64,000 nucleotides of DNA from an uncultured Chloroflexia bacterium (GTDB lineage Bacteria > Chloroflexota > Ktedonobacteria > Ktedonobacterales > JADMIN01). Position 1 is the stretch's first letter. Every line of letters starts with the position of its first letter. Under the pieces are notes generated by a model. The model did not search any database. It had not been told where the DNA came from and saw only the letters and a program-made list of their open reading frames with translations. The stretch is from assembly GCA_963809385.1 (NCBI GenBank), contig CAWEJL010000013.1, positions 14,043 to 78,042 on the forward strand, written 5' to 3'. This document shows, in pieces, positions 1 to 11,833 of this stretch. The position numbers were made by a program, and so were the translations under genes.

Positions 1-39
1 GACCACCAGAACGATGATCACGAACACGACGGGCGACAT
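1..39 (-). CDS. 5' end of a membrane protein, probably the SPFH/stomatin partner of NfeD (runs off the window)
   Basis: ATG at 39 with AGGAGG upstream; translates MSPVVFVIIVLVV; lies directly downstream of nfeD, the usual nfeD-SPFH pairing. Confidence 0.5.
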   Translation of the reverse strand, partial: MSPVVFVIIVLVV

Positions 40-66
40 AGGATGTACCCTCCTGGGCGCGGCTCA

Positions 67-723
67 TCAGGCGGATGGGGCCTCTGGCAGACGCCACTCA
101 AATGGGCGATGGACACGGAGCGTTACCCCCTCCACGCCAATGACCTCCACGATCTCGCCACTGCTGATCGGCCCGACCTCCGCTATCGCGCTCCAGTCTT
201 CGCCGTCAACGCGCACCGCTCCGAGCGGCGCCAGGTCCGACGTAACCACGCCTTCTTTGCCGAGCAGCGCCTCAGGCCCCGTGGTGAGCGGCAACCGCCG
301 CGTGCGCAGCGACGCGCGGATGAGCAGCAGGAAGAACGCCGTCACGCCCAGAGTGCTGCCTGCCACCAGCCACGGACTCACACTCAACGTGACCGCGGCC
401 CCAGAGAATGGCGTGAACAGCAGCAACGAGCCAGTAACGAAGAGCACGACGCCGCCAAGGCCCAGCAAGCCCACCCCCGGCGTATGCGCCTCCGCGAGGA
501 ACAGCCCGACGGCCAGTAGCATCAGCAGCACGCCCACCCAGTTGACCGGCAGGATGGTGAACGCGACCAGCGCCAGGATGAGCGCGATACCCCCCATGAT
601 CCCGGGAAGGAGCACGCCCGGATGATAGGCCTCCGCGACCAGGCCAATGATGCCAATCAGAAACAGGATGTAGGCGACATTGGGGTCGCTCAGCACCGCA
701 ATCAGCGGCTCCGGCAAGCTCAT
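67..723 (-). CDS. NfeD family membrane protein (TM bundle plus C-terminal OB fold, no ClpP-like domain)
   Basis: DPNVAYILFLIG, E..HPG..LPG, TG.EALLGKEGVV...L.P.G.V.VDGE.WSA motifs. Confidence 0.85.
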   Translation of the reverse strand: MSLPEPLIAVLSDPNVAYILFLIGIIGLVAEAYHPGVLLPGIMGGIALILALVAFTILPVNWVGVLLMLLAVGLFLAEAHTPGVGLLGLGGVVLFVTGSLLLFTPFSGAAVTLSVSPWLVAGSTLGVTAFFLLLIRASLRTRRLPLTTGPEALLGKEGVVTSDLAPLGAVRVDGEDWSAIAEVGPISSGEIVEVIGVEGVTLRVHRPFEWRLPEAPSA

Positions 724-1261
724 ACAACACCCCCAATCCGCGCGATGCGCTTCGCCCGGCGGAGCGTCCGGCGGAGCGTCGCGCCGTCATCCGCTCGCGG
801 TCCGCGGCGCGCCGCCACTCAAGACGCAGCACAAGCTGTACCATTATCCGAGCCCACGACGATGCGCGTACACCTGCGTCTTATGTAAATCATAGCGCAC
901 AATGCCAGTCCGCGCACGCACATCTACAGGAGCGCGAAATGTCGCCTCACTCACCGTCTATACTCAGGCGTAGAGCGAGGAAGAACGTCGCGGCGGGGCT
1001 GCTGGCCGGCGGAGCGATTGGCGCCGGGGCGAAGCGGGGCTGAGTCAGCGCGCCATGCGGGCCGCGCTACACACTTTTAGCCCTTAAGCCATCGCGACAG
1101 GTGCCCGTATAGTGCGCCTGAGTGCGCCTGAGCGCGCCTGGCGCCACACGGTAGTAAGGATGCGGTGTGGCCTGATACTTGCGGGCAACATGCCTGCGCA
1201 AGCGCGCGGCGCCATTCGGCGCCAGAAACCGAAAACAGCGCGAAAACAGCGGAGGTACATC

Positions 1262-1774
1262 ATGAGCCAACCAATGAGCGCCGACCCCAAAGAGCTGGTG
1301 GTCGTCTCTTTCCCGGACGAGAACAAGGCGCAGGAGGTCCTACGCGTCTTGAAGCAGCTCGAACACGAGGGAGCCGCCGAACTCCGCAACGCCGCGATCA
1401 TCCGCCGGAACGCCGGTGGCGAAATATCCATCAGCGAGACGCGGGACTTCGACGACAAGCAAGGCGCCATCGCGGGCGCCATCGCCGGCGGGCTGATCGG
1501 CTTGTTGCGCGGCCATGCGCTGACTGGAGCGGCGCTCGGGGCAGCGGGCGGATTCGGCGTCAGCAAGGTGGTTGACCTGGGCTTCCCCGACGCCTACCTG
1601 CGCGACCTGGCCCAACAGCTCAAGCCGGGCAGCTCCGCCATCGTCGCCGTCGTCACCTTCACCAAGGTCGATCAGGCGATGACCACGCTCGACCAGTTCG
1701 CCGGCGGCACGATCATGCGCCAGACGCTACCCCCAGAGGTCGCCCAGAAACTCTCAGCGGCGGTCGAAGACTAA
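1262..1774 (+). CDS. DUF1269 family protein
   Basis: ELVVVSFPDE, Gly/Ala-rich GAIAG..GGLIG, DLGF..L...LKPGSSAI; GGAGG RBS before ATG 1262. Confidence 0.8.
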   Translation: MSQPMSADPKELVVVSFPDENKAQEVLRVLKQLEHEGAAELRNAAIIRRNAGGEISISETRDFDDKQGAIAGAIAGGLIGLLRGHALTGAALGAAGGFGVSKVVDLGFPDAYLRDLAQQLKPGSSAIVAVVTFTKVDQAMTTLDQFAGGTIMRQTLPPEVAQKLSAAVED

Positions 1775-1943
1775 CGCACAGCCGCGCGCGCTCCTTTGCC
1801 ATGGAGCGCAGCCAGCCCCACCGCGACGCATGGGCGCTGCGGTGGGGCTGGCTGCGCTATACTGCACACGCCGAGGGCTGTAGATGCAATCGCGACACGC
1901 CGCTGGACGGTGAGGCTGGACGGCGAGAAAAGGGTGCAGGTTC

Positions 1944-2483
1944 ATGCGGTATCCATCTCTCGAAGAGATGCGGGCGCTCGCAAACGAGCTCATGAACGCG
2001 CCAGAAGCCTGTCTTCCATGGGAACCGATTCCGGCGCGCTTCTCGGGCGACTGGCAGCTTGACGTCACCCATGTCGCCGAGGACTATGGCGAAGACCGGC
2101 AGCCCGGCGACCACCTCACCATTGCCGTAGCCGCATATATAGCGCCCACGGATACGACGCCGGGTGACGGTGGGGCCTGGCGCATTAACTTTACTGGCTG
2201 TGAGGCGTATCGCAAACGCATCATCACCTATGTGGGGGCAACGCCACTGACACGCCCTGACACAGCGGGCGCGTTTTGGGAGATCACGGGATCGCACTAT
2301 CTGATCGAGAGCGGTGTGTGGTCGGCGTATTTTCCCCAGGAATTCCATCATTACGTCATCGTCTCAGCGATCCATACCGTACATGAGGTCCTCGCTCGCG
2401 GCTGGCGCTGCAAGCCGCTTCCACAGGAGTGGGCAAAGACGTTCAATGGCCCGATGCCGAAGTGGCCCCCAGTAGAGACGTGA
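1944..2483 (+). CDS. hypothetical protein
   Basis: 179-aa ORF with globular protein-like composition; family not recognised. Confidence 0.6.
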   Translation: MRYPSLEEMRALANELMNAPEACLPWEPIPARFSGDWQLDVTHVAEDYGEDRQPGDHLTIAVAAYIAPTDTTPGDGGAWRINFTGCEAYRKRIITYVGATPLTRPDTAGAFWEITGSHYLIESGVWSAYFPQEFHHYVIVSAIHTVHEVLARGWRCKPLPQEWAKTFNGPMPKWPPVET

Positions 2484-2507
2484 GAACACCGCCAGTCTGC
2501 TTTGCCA

Positions 2508-2623
2508 GCCCAGGCTATATCGGCAGCAGCCCTTGCGTCAAGAACGCCAGATCCTCCTCCGGCCGTCGCTCCAGCCTGGCCCAACCAGGAAACCCGCCCC
2601 AGCGGAAGCACTCGCGCAGGTAG
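2508..2623. repeat. 116-bp direct repeat, copy A (3' end of SUKH-like copy 1)
   Basis: about 12 mismatches to 4294..4409 by manual alignment. Confidence 0.9.
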
Positions 2624-3355
2624 GCGACAAATGTTTTCCATGGCTTGCCACGATAATAGATCCTCGCATCTGCGGAGGTATTGGGGAGAAAGACATAATA
2701 GGGATCATTTGAGGGCTCGAGATACTTGTAGGTATCTTCAGTTGTTAGCGTGAGCGATGCGCGTTCGCCCGGCTTTCGGCTCCGCATATGCCCAAGCCAC
2801 TCCATATTGAGCGGAAGGACGAAAAGCGGATCAACCGCGCGCATCGGATACAGGCGCTCACCCGCGTGGGTGGGGTAGTCCTCCGCCGATTCAGGCAGAA
2901 GCGCGCGCCAGCCATCATGATCGCCCGCGAAATTCACTCCACCCACGGCTTTGTACCATACGCGCACCGACAATGGCAGCTTTCCCAATACCGCTTCATA
3001 TTCCGCAACCATCTCAGACGTCATTGGCCGCGCCTCCTGCTCTGCTTTGAGCTCACGCCACCGAGCGCGCACGCCATCATGTGTTTGGGGCTGAGACACG
3101 CGAGCGATCCGCTGCTCCAGCGCAGCGATCTGTTCCTCCCTGTCCGTCGCTGGCGTGAACAGCGCTGGCATACTTCGCGCCTGCTCTAGATACCCCTCGT
3201 ATGCGGCGCGGTCCGCGAATGTGTAGGATTCGTGAACCTCTGGCGGTAGGCGTGTGGGTGTGGCGAAGGCAGACCGGCCAGTAGCTTGGTCGTAATTGGC
3301 CTTATAGGGACGCAGCATACGTTCGCGAACAAACGGCTGCACCCAGCGCGCCCAT
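2515..3355 (-). CDS. SUKH/SMI1-KNR4-like protein, copy 1 (N-terminally deleted, possible pseudogene)
   Basis: LPLS.R.WY..VGGVNF, DPL, TFV.YLRECF.WGGFPGW shared with copy 2; ATG at 3355 is out of frame with the main ORF 2515..3342. Confidence 0.55.
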
Positions 3356-3358
3356 GCG

Positions 3359-4216
3359 TTAGCTCAAGCCCAGCCGGGCGCGGACTTGCTCCAGCGTCTC
3401 GGTCGAGACATGCGCTACCAGGTCGAGCAGGGTCGCCTCATCCGCCGCCTGAATCGCCGCAAGCAGGTCAGCGCTCAGCGGCCCGAATCGCCCCTCAAGA
3501 ACCGCCTTCACCATGCGCCGCTCGCCCTCAGCGATCCACTCGTCCGCCAGGCCGGATTCTCTCATGAGATCGTCTATCATTGGGTGGCTCCTCAGCGCCT
3601 CTCTGAGTACGCCGCGCCCTAGACGCAGCGCCGAAAGCGCGACCAGCAACGCGGTCAACTCACCACGATCAGTCTCAGGCAGGTCAGTAGTTGAGATACG
3701 CTCTGCGACTAAGACGGCTGACTCGACAGTGACATCCTTCATGACCGCCACAAGCGGCCATAAGTCGTAAGCGTCCGTTGAGAGCACGCGCTCAGCGGGT
3801 ATCTCCCACAATCTTACGACATCGAAGGCATAGCGTAGTGTCTCAACATTGCCCCATGAGACGACGAGTGGAGACAGAGGAAGCGTGGTCGTGGGACGCA
3901 GAAGCACAACTACCGAGCGCGGCGGCAGGTGATCCCGCAGCCACAACCGCAGACCATATTCCGCGACGCGCTCCCCAATATCCCGCTCAGGATTGGTCTG
4001 TAACTCGATGTGGAGCAGCCCGCGCCGCCCCTCGGCGTCCGCCGCCTCCCAGACCAAATCCGCCTGGCGCGGCGCGGCGGGTAGCTCCGGCGAGCGATCG
4101 GCGACCCACGTGTACCCAGGAGCCACCAGATTCAGGAACTCATCATGCGCCCTGGAGAGCAGCCGCTTGAGCGCTTGATCGTATCCTGGCCGGTCGCTCG
4201 CGCCTGAAGTTGACAA
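3359..4216 (-). CDS. Rpn family (PD-(D/E)XK) recombination-promoting nuclease / putative transposase with DUF4351-like C-terminus
   Basis: YDQALKRLL, ADLVW, LLHIELQT, RVAEY motifs; C-terminal LEGRFGPL...I..AD...L. Confidence 0.75.
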   Translation of the reverse strand: MSTSGASDRPGYDQALKRLLSRAHDEFLNLVAPGYTWVADRSPELPAAPRQADLVWEAADAEGRRGLLHIELQTNPERDIGERVAEYGLRLWLRDHLPPRSVVVLLRPTTTLPLSPLVVSWGNVETLRYAFDVVRLWEIPAERVLSTDAYDLWPLVAVMKDVTVESAVLVAERISTTDLPETDRGELTALLVALSALRLGRGVLREALRSHPMIDDLMRESGLADEWIAEGERRMVKAVLEGRFGPLSADLLAAIQAADEATLLDLVAHVSTETLEQVRARLGLS

Positions 4217-4293
4217 CGGTCCACCTCATTCCACCTGCTAAACCATACTGCCTAATAAATAAAGCTTGCGCAGCCTCGATATCCACCACCTGG

Positions 4294-4409
4294 GCCCAGG
4301 CTATATCGGCGGCAACCCCTGCGTCAAGAATGCCAGATCCTCCTCCGGCCGCCGCTCCAGCCTGGCCCAGCCGGGGAAGCCGCCCCATTGGAAGCATTCG
4401 CGCAGGTAG
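4294..4409. repeat. 116-bp direct repeat, copy B (3' end of SUKH-like copy 2)
   Basis: matches 2508..2623. Confidence 0.9.
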
Positions 4410-5043
4410 CCAACGAAGGTCGTATTGTGCCATTCATGCAATAACGGCGCATCGGCTTGGCCGCGTAGCGAGACTTCGTAGGCGCAACCACCGCTGTAAA
4501 GATACTTGTGATATTCATCTGGCGCGATGGGCAGATCGCAGCTACTATCCTCTCGCCGGTCATCGCTCCAGCGCATCCAGTCATCCAGGCGCAAGACCCC
4601 GCCCGCCGAAAGAATCTCAAGCGGATCGAGATGTTGAGCGTCCCATTCTGGATGAGAGCCAACGAAGTTCACGCCGCCAACGACTTCATAGAAGGCGCGC
4701 AGCGAGAGCGGCAGTATTCCCGCCGCTCAACCTCTTCGATCAGTTGCGCGACATCGGCTGGTGGTGGACTAAATGGCGGCTCATAGCGCTCCCACTCGCT
4801 CGCTTCCTCAGCGGGGAGCTCGCCTCGGCGCACAGCCCAGCCATAGCCGAACTCGTAGCCCAACTCCCGCAGGCGCGGGATGAGCGTCTCGATATTCGCG
4901 CGGGCGCGACGCATCGTCTCGCGCGCCACCGCGAGCGCATCGCTGTAGAGTGGTTCCTCGCGCACCGCCGCGCCCAGCCCGACCAGCTCATCCCAGACGG
5001 CCTGGCATTCGCCGCTCAGGTAGCGATCGAGGTATGCGCCCAT
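4301..5043 (-). CDS. SUKH/SMI1-KNR4-like protein, copy 2 (one frameshift near 4715)
   Basis: ORFs 4669..5043 and 4301..4672 join: YLDRYLSGE..VW.EL..LG, LSLRAFYEVVGGVNF, IAPDEYHK...SGG, TFVGYLRECFQWGGFPGW. Confidence 0.6.
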
Positions 5044-5246
5044 GCGCTATCGCTCCTCTCCGCGTCTCTTTCTCGCACCGTTGGTTTCGACCCCAATGAC
5101 ACTAACAAGCGATGCGTGCGGCCACCGGAGCGGCCTCCAGCGGAGGAATCTTGTCCCCGCCATGTGACCTGCCAGTTTCGGCTGAGCTCACGCGCGTCAT
5201 CTCACCCGGCTGATGGCGCCCATTAGCCCTCAGGCGACCTGACGCC

Positions 5247-6591
5247 TCAGCGCCCATATTCAGTCCAGGAGCCGCCAGTGTAGCGCAGCAGCACGGAATG
5301 GCCGGCGCCGGAATAGCCACTGTTATTGGGCAGTGACGTCATGACCATGTAGGCGCCGACCGCCCAGACGTCCGTGCTGGAGCTTGAGACGACCTCGATA
5401 GACTGCAAATCTTTATAGGGTACACCCAGCGTCTTCCACTGTCCGCCCGTATTGGAGAAGATCGAGGTGATTAGCCCGTACCCCGTGGCGTATAGCGGCG
5501 CCGACTGCAACGGCTCGACACTGGCGAAGCCCCACACGGTATCACTCGCCACAACGCCGGCGTACTGCACGGCTTTGGACGCATGCAAGCTCACATTCGA
5601 CCACGTAGCGCCATCGAAATGATAGATCAGCGGCGAGTCGTCGGTTTCGATGTTCGTCTTGGGGTCGTGCATCGCCCCCTCGATCCAGATATCGTTCGGC
5701 GCGAACATGCGCAGGCGATAGAAGGTGCTGTTGCGCGGGCTTGTCAACACCACCGTCGCCGCCCCGCCCTGAATATGCGCGAGCGAGCTTATGGTATTGC
5801 CCGTGTTCCAGCCGATGACCCAGGCCTCGCCGTCAGCGACCGGAGCGATGTCGGTGATGTAATGCAGGGAAGTGGGTAACGTGGATACCAGCGACCAGAC
5901 GCCGCCGCTGTAGTGGTACAGCGATGTGCTCGCCCCGCCCTGCGCGGCTTTGAGATTCGCCACCGCCGCCCAGCCCTCGTCGGGTGTGCGCATCGCTATG
6001 ACCCCGATGTCCGCCTTTGGATCAGCCGTGGGCAGCGGCTCCCGCTGCCACGCGCCGTTGGCGATGTGGAGCAGGATCCCGTTACTGCTGTCGTCGCATC
6101 CTATGACCCAGCCTTCCGACGACGAGATCATATCAACCCCACTCAGGCGCTCGCCGGGCAGCGCGGAGCCTACCTGTATCCAGGCGCCGGAGAAGTAGTG
6201 GAACACCATGCAGCGATCCGGAAAGCCCGTCACCGGGTCGGTAATGACGCACCCGGTACCCCACCCCTCATCGGCTCCGGTCAGCGTGAAGGCGGTGATC
6301 TCCACCCCTTTCGGCAGCCCCACCCCACGCTTGGGCGCTTGCAGCGGCGACGTAGCGCGAGGCCGACCAGAGCGGCGCCGAAGTAGCCGTCGCTGAGGCC
6401 TTCGTCACTCGCTTCGCCGTTCGATGGGTGGAGATCGTGGCGAAGGTCGCCACGCCGAGCGCCATCACCAGCAGCGCGGCAATGACGCTGGCGATGGCAG
6501 GGCGCCGCCGGCTGGCCGGCGGGCGCGGTTGCGCGGGATATTCGCGGGAGTCATCGTCGAGTTCGCGGGTCTGCAGGTCGCGCTGTCTCAT
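5247..6591 (-). CDS. membrane-anchored extracellular beta-propeller-like protein (frameshift near 6330-6370)
   Basis: N-terminal TM helix and Thr/Ala linker (ORF 6268..6672) join ORF 5247..6323, which has repeated S..EGW..G / HY.GG.W blades. Confidence 0.6.
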
Positions 6592-6732
6592 CGCTCGATC
6601 CTCCCTGCTCGCATTCCGCGCACGCCCGCGCCGCATGCCCCGCGCGCCCGGCTCTGGCGTCTGCGCTTCCATGCTATCTATACGACCTGTCTAGCGCTCA
6701 TCCTCACGAACAGAGCAATCAGATAGAGAACG

Positions 6733-6772
6733 AGAGAGCGGCGCCCGAACGAACGTTCGGGCGTCGCTCTCT
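6733..6772. terminator. GC-rich 19-bp-stem hairpin
   Basis: AGAGAGCGGCGCCCGAACG-AA-CGTTCGGGCGTCGCTCTCT between two minus-strand genes; no U tract. Confidence 0.5.
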
Positions 6773-6939
6773 GCTCAAATGGCGACAACTAGGCGTGCGC
6801 CGCCGTCTCCCGCGCCACCGCCTCACGCGCTGGCCTCTCGCTCTATCGGCGGCTGTCCACAGACAAAGAGCGCCATGTCCTCAGCCGGGCCAGCGCTCCA
6901 CCTCGTCCAGTCGTGTTCCGCCTCCTGGCGCATGCCCAG

Positions 6940-7539
6940 CTACATGGACGGCTTTACCGCGATGCCATACCTGGCGATCTCGGGCGCAAACGCCGCCTTG
7001 ATCGCGCCCAGGAAGCGCTCGCGCCGCTTTAGCGAGCTTCCACCCAGGTGGCTGGTGGATACCACGATGGTAGAGCCAGCGAGCCCTGGGTTCCACCACG
7101 CGAACAAGCGGCGGAAGACCGAGGAAGCGTACCGGGCGGGATGTCTGGTGTAGATGACGAACCGCGTAGAGGTTGTGCCTCCCCGCCCGCTGGCGCGGCC
7201 CCACGTGTAGAAGGTCATGAGTCTCACATCATCCCAGGGAACATCCAGACTACGCCACGGCGTCAGCGGCGCGCGGTAGGTAATGCCCGCCTCGCCGATC
7301 TGAAGGAGAGGCCGCCGGAACACCCAGCGAAACAGCAGCGTCACGAGCGCGCCAAGCGCGCTGAGCGAGAAAAAGACCATCAACGCGGCGCCCATGATCT
7401 TCGCGCCAATGCCAAAGGTATTGTTCTGTACGCCAGTAAAAGCCAGCCAGCCGAGCGCTACGAACACGGCAGCGGCGATAAGGCGGATGATCGCATTGGA
7501 GACACTCGCGAAATAGCGCAGGTCGCGCTTGCGGGCCAT
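6940..7539 (-). CDS. membrane protein with two TM helices and a bacterial PH-like domain
   Basis: AGGAG RBS before ATG 7539; TM-TM then RRPLL.I...GI.Y and VPW.DV. Confidence 0.6.
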   Translation of the reverse strand: MARKRDLRYFASVSNAIIRLIAAAVFVALGWLAFTGVQNNTFGIGAKIMGAALMVFFSLSALGALVTLLFRWVFRRPLLQIGEAGITYRAPLTPWRSLDVPWDDVRLMTFYTWGRASGRGGTTSTRFVIYTRHPARYASSVFRRLFAWWNPGLAGSTIVVSTSHLGGSSLKRRERFLGAIKAAFAPEIARYGIAVKPSM

Positions 7540-7643
7540 GGAGGAACTCCTTTTGCTAACAAGCAAGAAGGGCCACAGATGCGGAAAAAGAGAAGGCGGC
7601 GTCTGACTCCCAGATGCCGCCTTCTCGATAGGTGGGATAGCGC

Positions 7644-9796
7644 TCAGTGCGCCGCGCCGTCGCCGCCAGCGGCCACCGGGGCGGCCTCCAGCGCGCGGGC
7701 GAGGATCTCGGCGATGTCCTCGACGCCGAAGCGGTCGCTGGCCTCCACGGCCTTGATGCCGTCCTCGAACATCGTGATGCAGAAGGGGCAGGCGGCGGCC
7801 ATCGCGTCCGCGCCGGTGTCCAGCGCCTCCTGCACGCGCGTGTTGTTGATGCGCTTGCCGATCTTCTCTTCCATCCACACACGCCCGCCGCCGCCGCCGC
7901 AGCAGAACGAGCGGTTGCGGCTGCGCGCCATCTCCTGCACCCCGTCGGCGTTGATGACGTTCAGCACGCGGCGCGGCTCGTCGTAGACATCATTCCAGCG
8001 GCCAATGAAGCACGGGTCGTGGTAGGTCAGCTTGCGGCGGTCGAAGCCCACCGGCAGGTGAAGCTGGTTGGTGGAGATCAGGCGGTCAATGAACTCCGTG
8101 TGGTGCACCACCTCGAACGTCCCGCCCAGTTGCGGGTACTCGTTCTTGATCGTGTTGAAGCAGTGCGGGCAGGTCGCCACCACCGTCTTGACGTTGTAGG
8201 CCCGCCCCGGCTCGACGCCCACGCCGCGATATGGCGCCGCGCTGGCGCCGTTCCCGCCGCTGGCCGCCGTTCGCGCCGTCCGTCGCGGGGGCGCCCTTGC
8301 CGAAGCCGTAGTTGTTGAGCGTCTCGATGTTCTGCTGCGCCAGCATCGAGTAGAGGTACTCGTTGCCGATGCGCCGCGCCGGGTCGCCGGTGCAGCTTTC
8401 CTCCGGCCCCAGGATGCCGAAGCGCACGCCCGCCGCCTGCATCACCTTGGCGAAGGCCGTCGCCACCTTACGGTTGCGCGCGTCGAACGAGCCCATGCAG
8501 CCGACCCAGTAGAGCACCTCCACGTCGGGGTCCTCGGCCAGCGTCGGCACGTTCAGCCCGGCGGCCCACTCCGCGCGGGTGTCGTTGCTGATCTCCCACG
8601 GATTGCCGTTGCGCTCCAGGTTGTTGAAGAGCGGCGTCACCTCCTGCGGGAAGCTGCTCTCCTCCATCACCAGGTAGCGGCGCATGTCGTCAATCTTCTG
8701 CACATGCTCGATGCTGACCGGGCAAATCTCGACGCAGGCGCCGCAGTTGGTGCAGGCCCACAGCGACTCCTCCTTGATGACGCCGCGGACCATCGGCTCA
8801 TGCGCGGCCTCCTCCACCGCCTCGCCCGCGCCCACAAGCGTCATGCCCGCCGTGGCGAACAGCTCCTCCTTCACGCCGAGGATGATCTCCTTCGGCCAGA
8901 GCGGCTTGTCGGTCGCCAGCGCCGGGCAGACGGAGTTGCAGCGGCCGCACTCGGTACAGGCGTAGCCGTCGAGCAGCTGCTTCCAGGTGAACTGCGTCAC
9001 CTCATGCACGCCGTAGTCCTCGCGCTCCTCCAGGTTCTCGATCGGCTGGAGCGCGCCGCGCGCGCCGAAGTTGCGGAAGAAGACGTTGAACGGCGTCGCC
9101 AGCAGGTGCAGATGCTTGGAGTATGGCAGGTACATCAGGAAGCCCAGCACCGTCAGCGCGTTGGCCCACCACGCCACCGAAGCGATGGCGATGGCGGCGG
9201 TCGTCCCAATACCGGCGACCATCGGGCCAAGCCAGGCGCCGAACGGCGACCAGTCCTCGCCGTTGGTGGCGGCGTAGGCGAAGACCTCGAACGCCACCAG
9301 CGTCACCAGCACCAGCGTAATCAGGCCCAGAATCGTGAAGGCGTCAGCCATGCCGTGCGACTGGCTGCGCAGCGCCTTCGGGCGCAGGATCGGTGCGGCG
9401 GAAGGTGAAGAAGAGCAGCGAGAAGAACGCCGCGACGACGAAAAAGTCCAGAATCCAGGCGAAGGGCTGGCTGGAGAGGATCGGCAGCTTGAAGCCCAGC
9501 CCCATCGCCCACAGGTTGATCGCGTCAAGCTGGATGACAATGAAGCCCCAGAAGGTGAAGAAGTGCGCCAGGCCCGGCAGCGGATCGCGCAGCACGCCGC
9601 GCTGGCCCAGCACCATCAGCGCGAAGTATTTCACGCGGTCGCCGATGCGGTCGAAGCGGTTTTCCGGGCGGCCCGAGCGCATCATGCCCACCAGCGTGCG
9701 GATGCGCAGCCCGAAGACAATCCACGCGGTCACCAGCACGAAGGCGAAGACCACCGCGCCAATTGGCCCGCCTGACGGCCAGAACGTGAGACCCAT
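7644..9796 (-). CDS. FadF/HdrD-like membrane Fe-S oxidoreductase (two frameshifts, near 9390 and 8230)
   Basis: N-terminal TM domain, PYSKHLH, two CxxCxxCxxxCP ferredoxin motifs, CCG domains (YWVGC, E.CTG, TCPHC, YHDPC, FCCGGGGG, ACPFC). Confidence 0.88.
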
Positions 9797-9827
9797 CTAT
9801 ATCGCTCGCTTCTCTACACAGGCCGCC

Positions 9828-9978
9828 GGGCGAATGAATTCGCGCCTCAAGGCCTGACGGCCACAACGTCCGCCTACGCGGACGCGGGGACGGCGGACAC
9901 GGACGCGGGGACGGCGGACACGGACCCGCGCAGGCGGGTCTCGTGGCGGGACGCCTGGAGGCGCGGTTTCAACCGCCC
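9828..9978. repeat. REP/REPIN-like palindromic element, family A
   Basis: GGGCGAATGAATTCGCGCCTCAAGG...GAGGCGCGGTTTCAACCGCCC with internal hairpins and a 21-bp tandem duplication. Confidence 0.85.
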
Positions 9979-10014
9979 GGCGTTCCCGCCGCTGCCCGCC
10001 CGCTCTCCGCGCGC

Positions 10015-11055
10015 CTACCCCTTGCGCTGCCGCACCTTCTCGGTCAGCTGCGGCACGATCACGTTCAGGTCGCCGACCACGCCAAGGTCGCAGAAGCCGA
10101 AGATCGGCGCGTCTTTGTCCTTGTTGATGGCGACGATCAGCGCCGAGGAGGCCATGCCCGCCTTGTGCTGCACCGCGCCGGAGATGCCCACCGCGATGTA
10201 GACGGTTGGCTTGACCGTCTTGCCGGTCTGGCCGACCTGATGCGGGTAGGGAATCCAGCCAGCGTCCACCGCCGCGCGCGAGGCGCCTACGCCCGCGCCC
10301 AGCGCCGTCGCCAGCGCCTCGATCTGCTCGAAGCCCTGCGGCCCGCCCAGGCCGCGCCCGCCGGAGACGATGACCTGCGCCTCCTCCAGCTTGGCGCGCA
10401 TCGCCGCTGGCATCCAGACGTCGTGGCCGTCGGGGGCCTTGCCCAGATGCCCGGCCTCCGCCGCGCCTTCTGTGCCAAACGGGCCGGAGAGCTTCGCGCC
10501 GTTGGCGGGCGCGCTGGCGGCGGCCACGCTGACCACCTCCGCCGCGCCGCCGACGCGGTTGGTCGGGAAGGCGTTGGCGCGCGCGCCCACCAGCTTCGTC
10601 CCGCCGCCGGTGAACGCCATCTTGACCGACTGCGCGCCGCCAAAGGCCGGCACGGTCATCACCAGCTCGCCGCCCTCGACGGCCACCTCGGCGACGTTGT
10701 ACTCCATGCCCAGGCCCAGCCGCGCCGCCAGCCGCGCCGCCACGTCGCGCCCGTAGTTCGTCACGCCGAACAGGATCGCCGCTGGCTGATGCTGCTCGAC
10801 CAGCGCCGCCAGGGTGTCCACATGCGGCTGGATCAGATACTCATCGTAGACCGCGCCATCGGCGGCGTAGACCGTCTTCACGCCGCACGAGCCAAGCTCA
10901 GCGGCGGCGGCGGCCGTGTTGGTCCCCATCGCCACGGCGGCGGAGGAGCCGCCCAGCTGGCCCGCCAGCTCCGCGGCCTTGCTCGCCAGCTGCAGCGAGA
11001 TGCCCGTCATCTTTCCGCCAGCGATTTCCGCCAGCGCCCACACATCGTTCGCCAT
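10015..11055 (-). CDS. etfA: electron transfer flavoprotein alpha subunit
   Basis: [50 protein letters not shown]. Confidence 0.95.
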   Translation of the reverse strand: MANDVWALAEIAGGKMTGISLQLASKAAELAGQLGGSSAAVAMGTNTAAAAAELGSCGVKTVYAADGAVYDEYLIQPHVDTLAALVEQHQPAAILFGVTNYGRDVAARLAARLGLGMEYNVAEVAVEGGELVMTVPAFGGAQSVKMAFTGGGTKLVGARANAFPTNRVGGAAEVVSVAAASAPANGAKLSGPFGTEGAAEAGHLGKAPDGHDVWMPAAMRAKLEEAQVIVSGGRGLGGPQGFEQIEALATALGAGVGASRAAVDAGWIPYPHQVGQTGKTVKPTVYIAVGISGAVQHKAGMASSALIVAINKDKDAPIFGFCDLGVVGDLNVIVPQLTEKVRQRKG

Positions 11056-11056
11056 C

Positions 11057-11833
11057 TTAGAGTACCTTCTGCTCGACGAGGAAGGCGACGATGCGATCAG
11101 CCGCCCCATCATTGCCGTTGTACATCTCACCCTTGCGCTGGGTCGCCACGGGCGACGCGCCCACGGCCCGCTCGCGCGCGCCCGCCGCGCCCGCCTGCCC
11201 GGCCTCCAGGCCGATGTCCGCCAGCGAGAAGGTGTCAATCGGCTTCTTCTTCGACTGCATGATGCCCTTCATCGAAGGGTAGCGCGGCTCGTTGATGCTC
11301 TTGACCACGCTCACCAGCGCCGGGGTCGCGGCCTCGGCCACCTGATAGCCAACCTCCGCCGCCCGCTCGATGCGCGCCTTGCCGTCCACGATGTCCAGCT
11401 TGGAGGCGAACGAGAGCAGCGGCAGCCCCAGGAACTCGGCCACCGCCGCCGGGACCACGCCGCCGTAGGCGTCCGCCGCCGCGCTGCCAAAGAGCGCCAG
11501 ATCGAAGCCCAGCTTCTTGAGCGCGGCGGCCAGCGCGCGCGCCGTGCCGATGGCGTCGGAGCCCGCCAGCGCCGCGTCACTCACCAGGACGCCACGGTCC
11601 GCGCCCATCGCCAGCGCCTTGCGGATCGTCTCCGTCGCGGTGGCTGGCCCCATGCACAGCGCGATCACCTCGCCGCCGTGCTTCTCCTGCTGGCGCAGTC
11701 CCTCTTCGATAGCGTACTCATCAAAGGGGTTGATGACCGCGTCCTCTTTGCGCCGCTCCAGCCGCATATCAGCGGTGAAGCGCTTCTCCGCCGTCGTTGA
11801 CGGCGTCTCCTTCATGCAAACCACAATATTCAC
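11057..11833 (-). CDS. etfB: electron transfer flavoprotein beta subunit
   Basis: [36 protein letters not shown]. Confidence 0.95.
   Translation of the reverse strand: MNIVVCMKETPSTTAEKRFTADMRLERRKEDAVINPFDEYAIEEGLRQQEKHGGEVIALCMGPATATETIRKALAMGADRGVLVSDAALAGSDAIGTARALAAALKKLGFDLALFGSAAADAYGGVVPAAVAEFLGLPLLSFASKLDIVDGKARIERAAEVGYQVAEAATPALVSVVKSINEPRYPSMKGIMQSKKKPIDTFSLADIGLEAGQAGAAGARERAVGASPVATQRKGEMYNGNDGAADRIVAFLVEQKVL

Noticed and set aside
2508-4409. Diversity-generating retroelement TR/VR pair
   Set aside because: Mismatches are not adenine-specific and are mostly synonymous; no reverse transcriptase in the window
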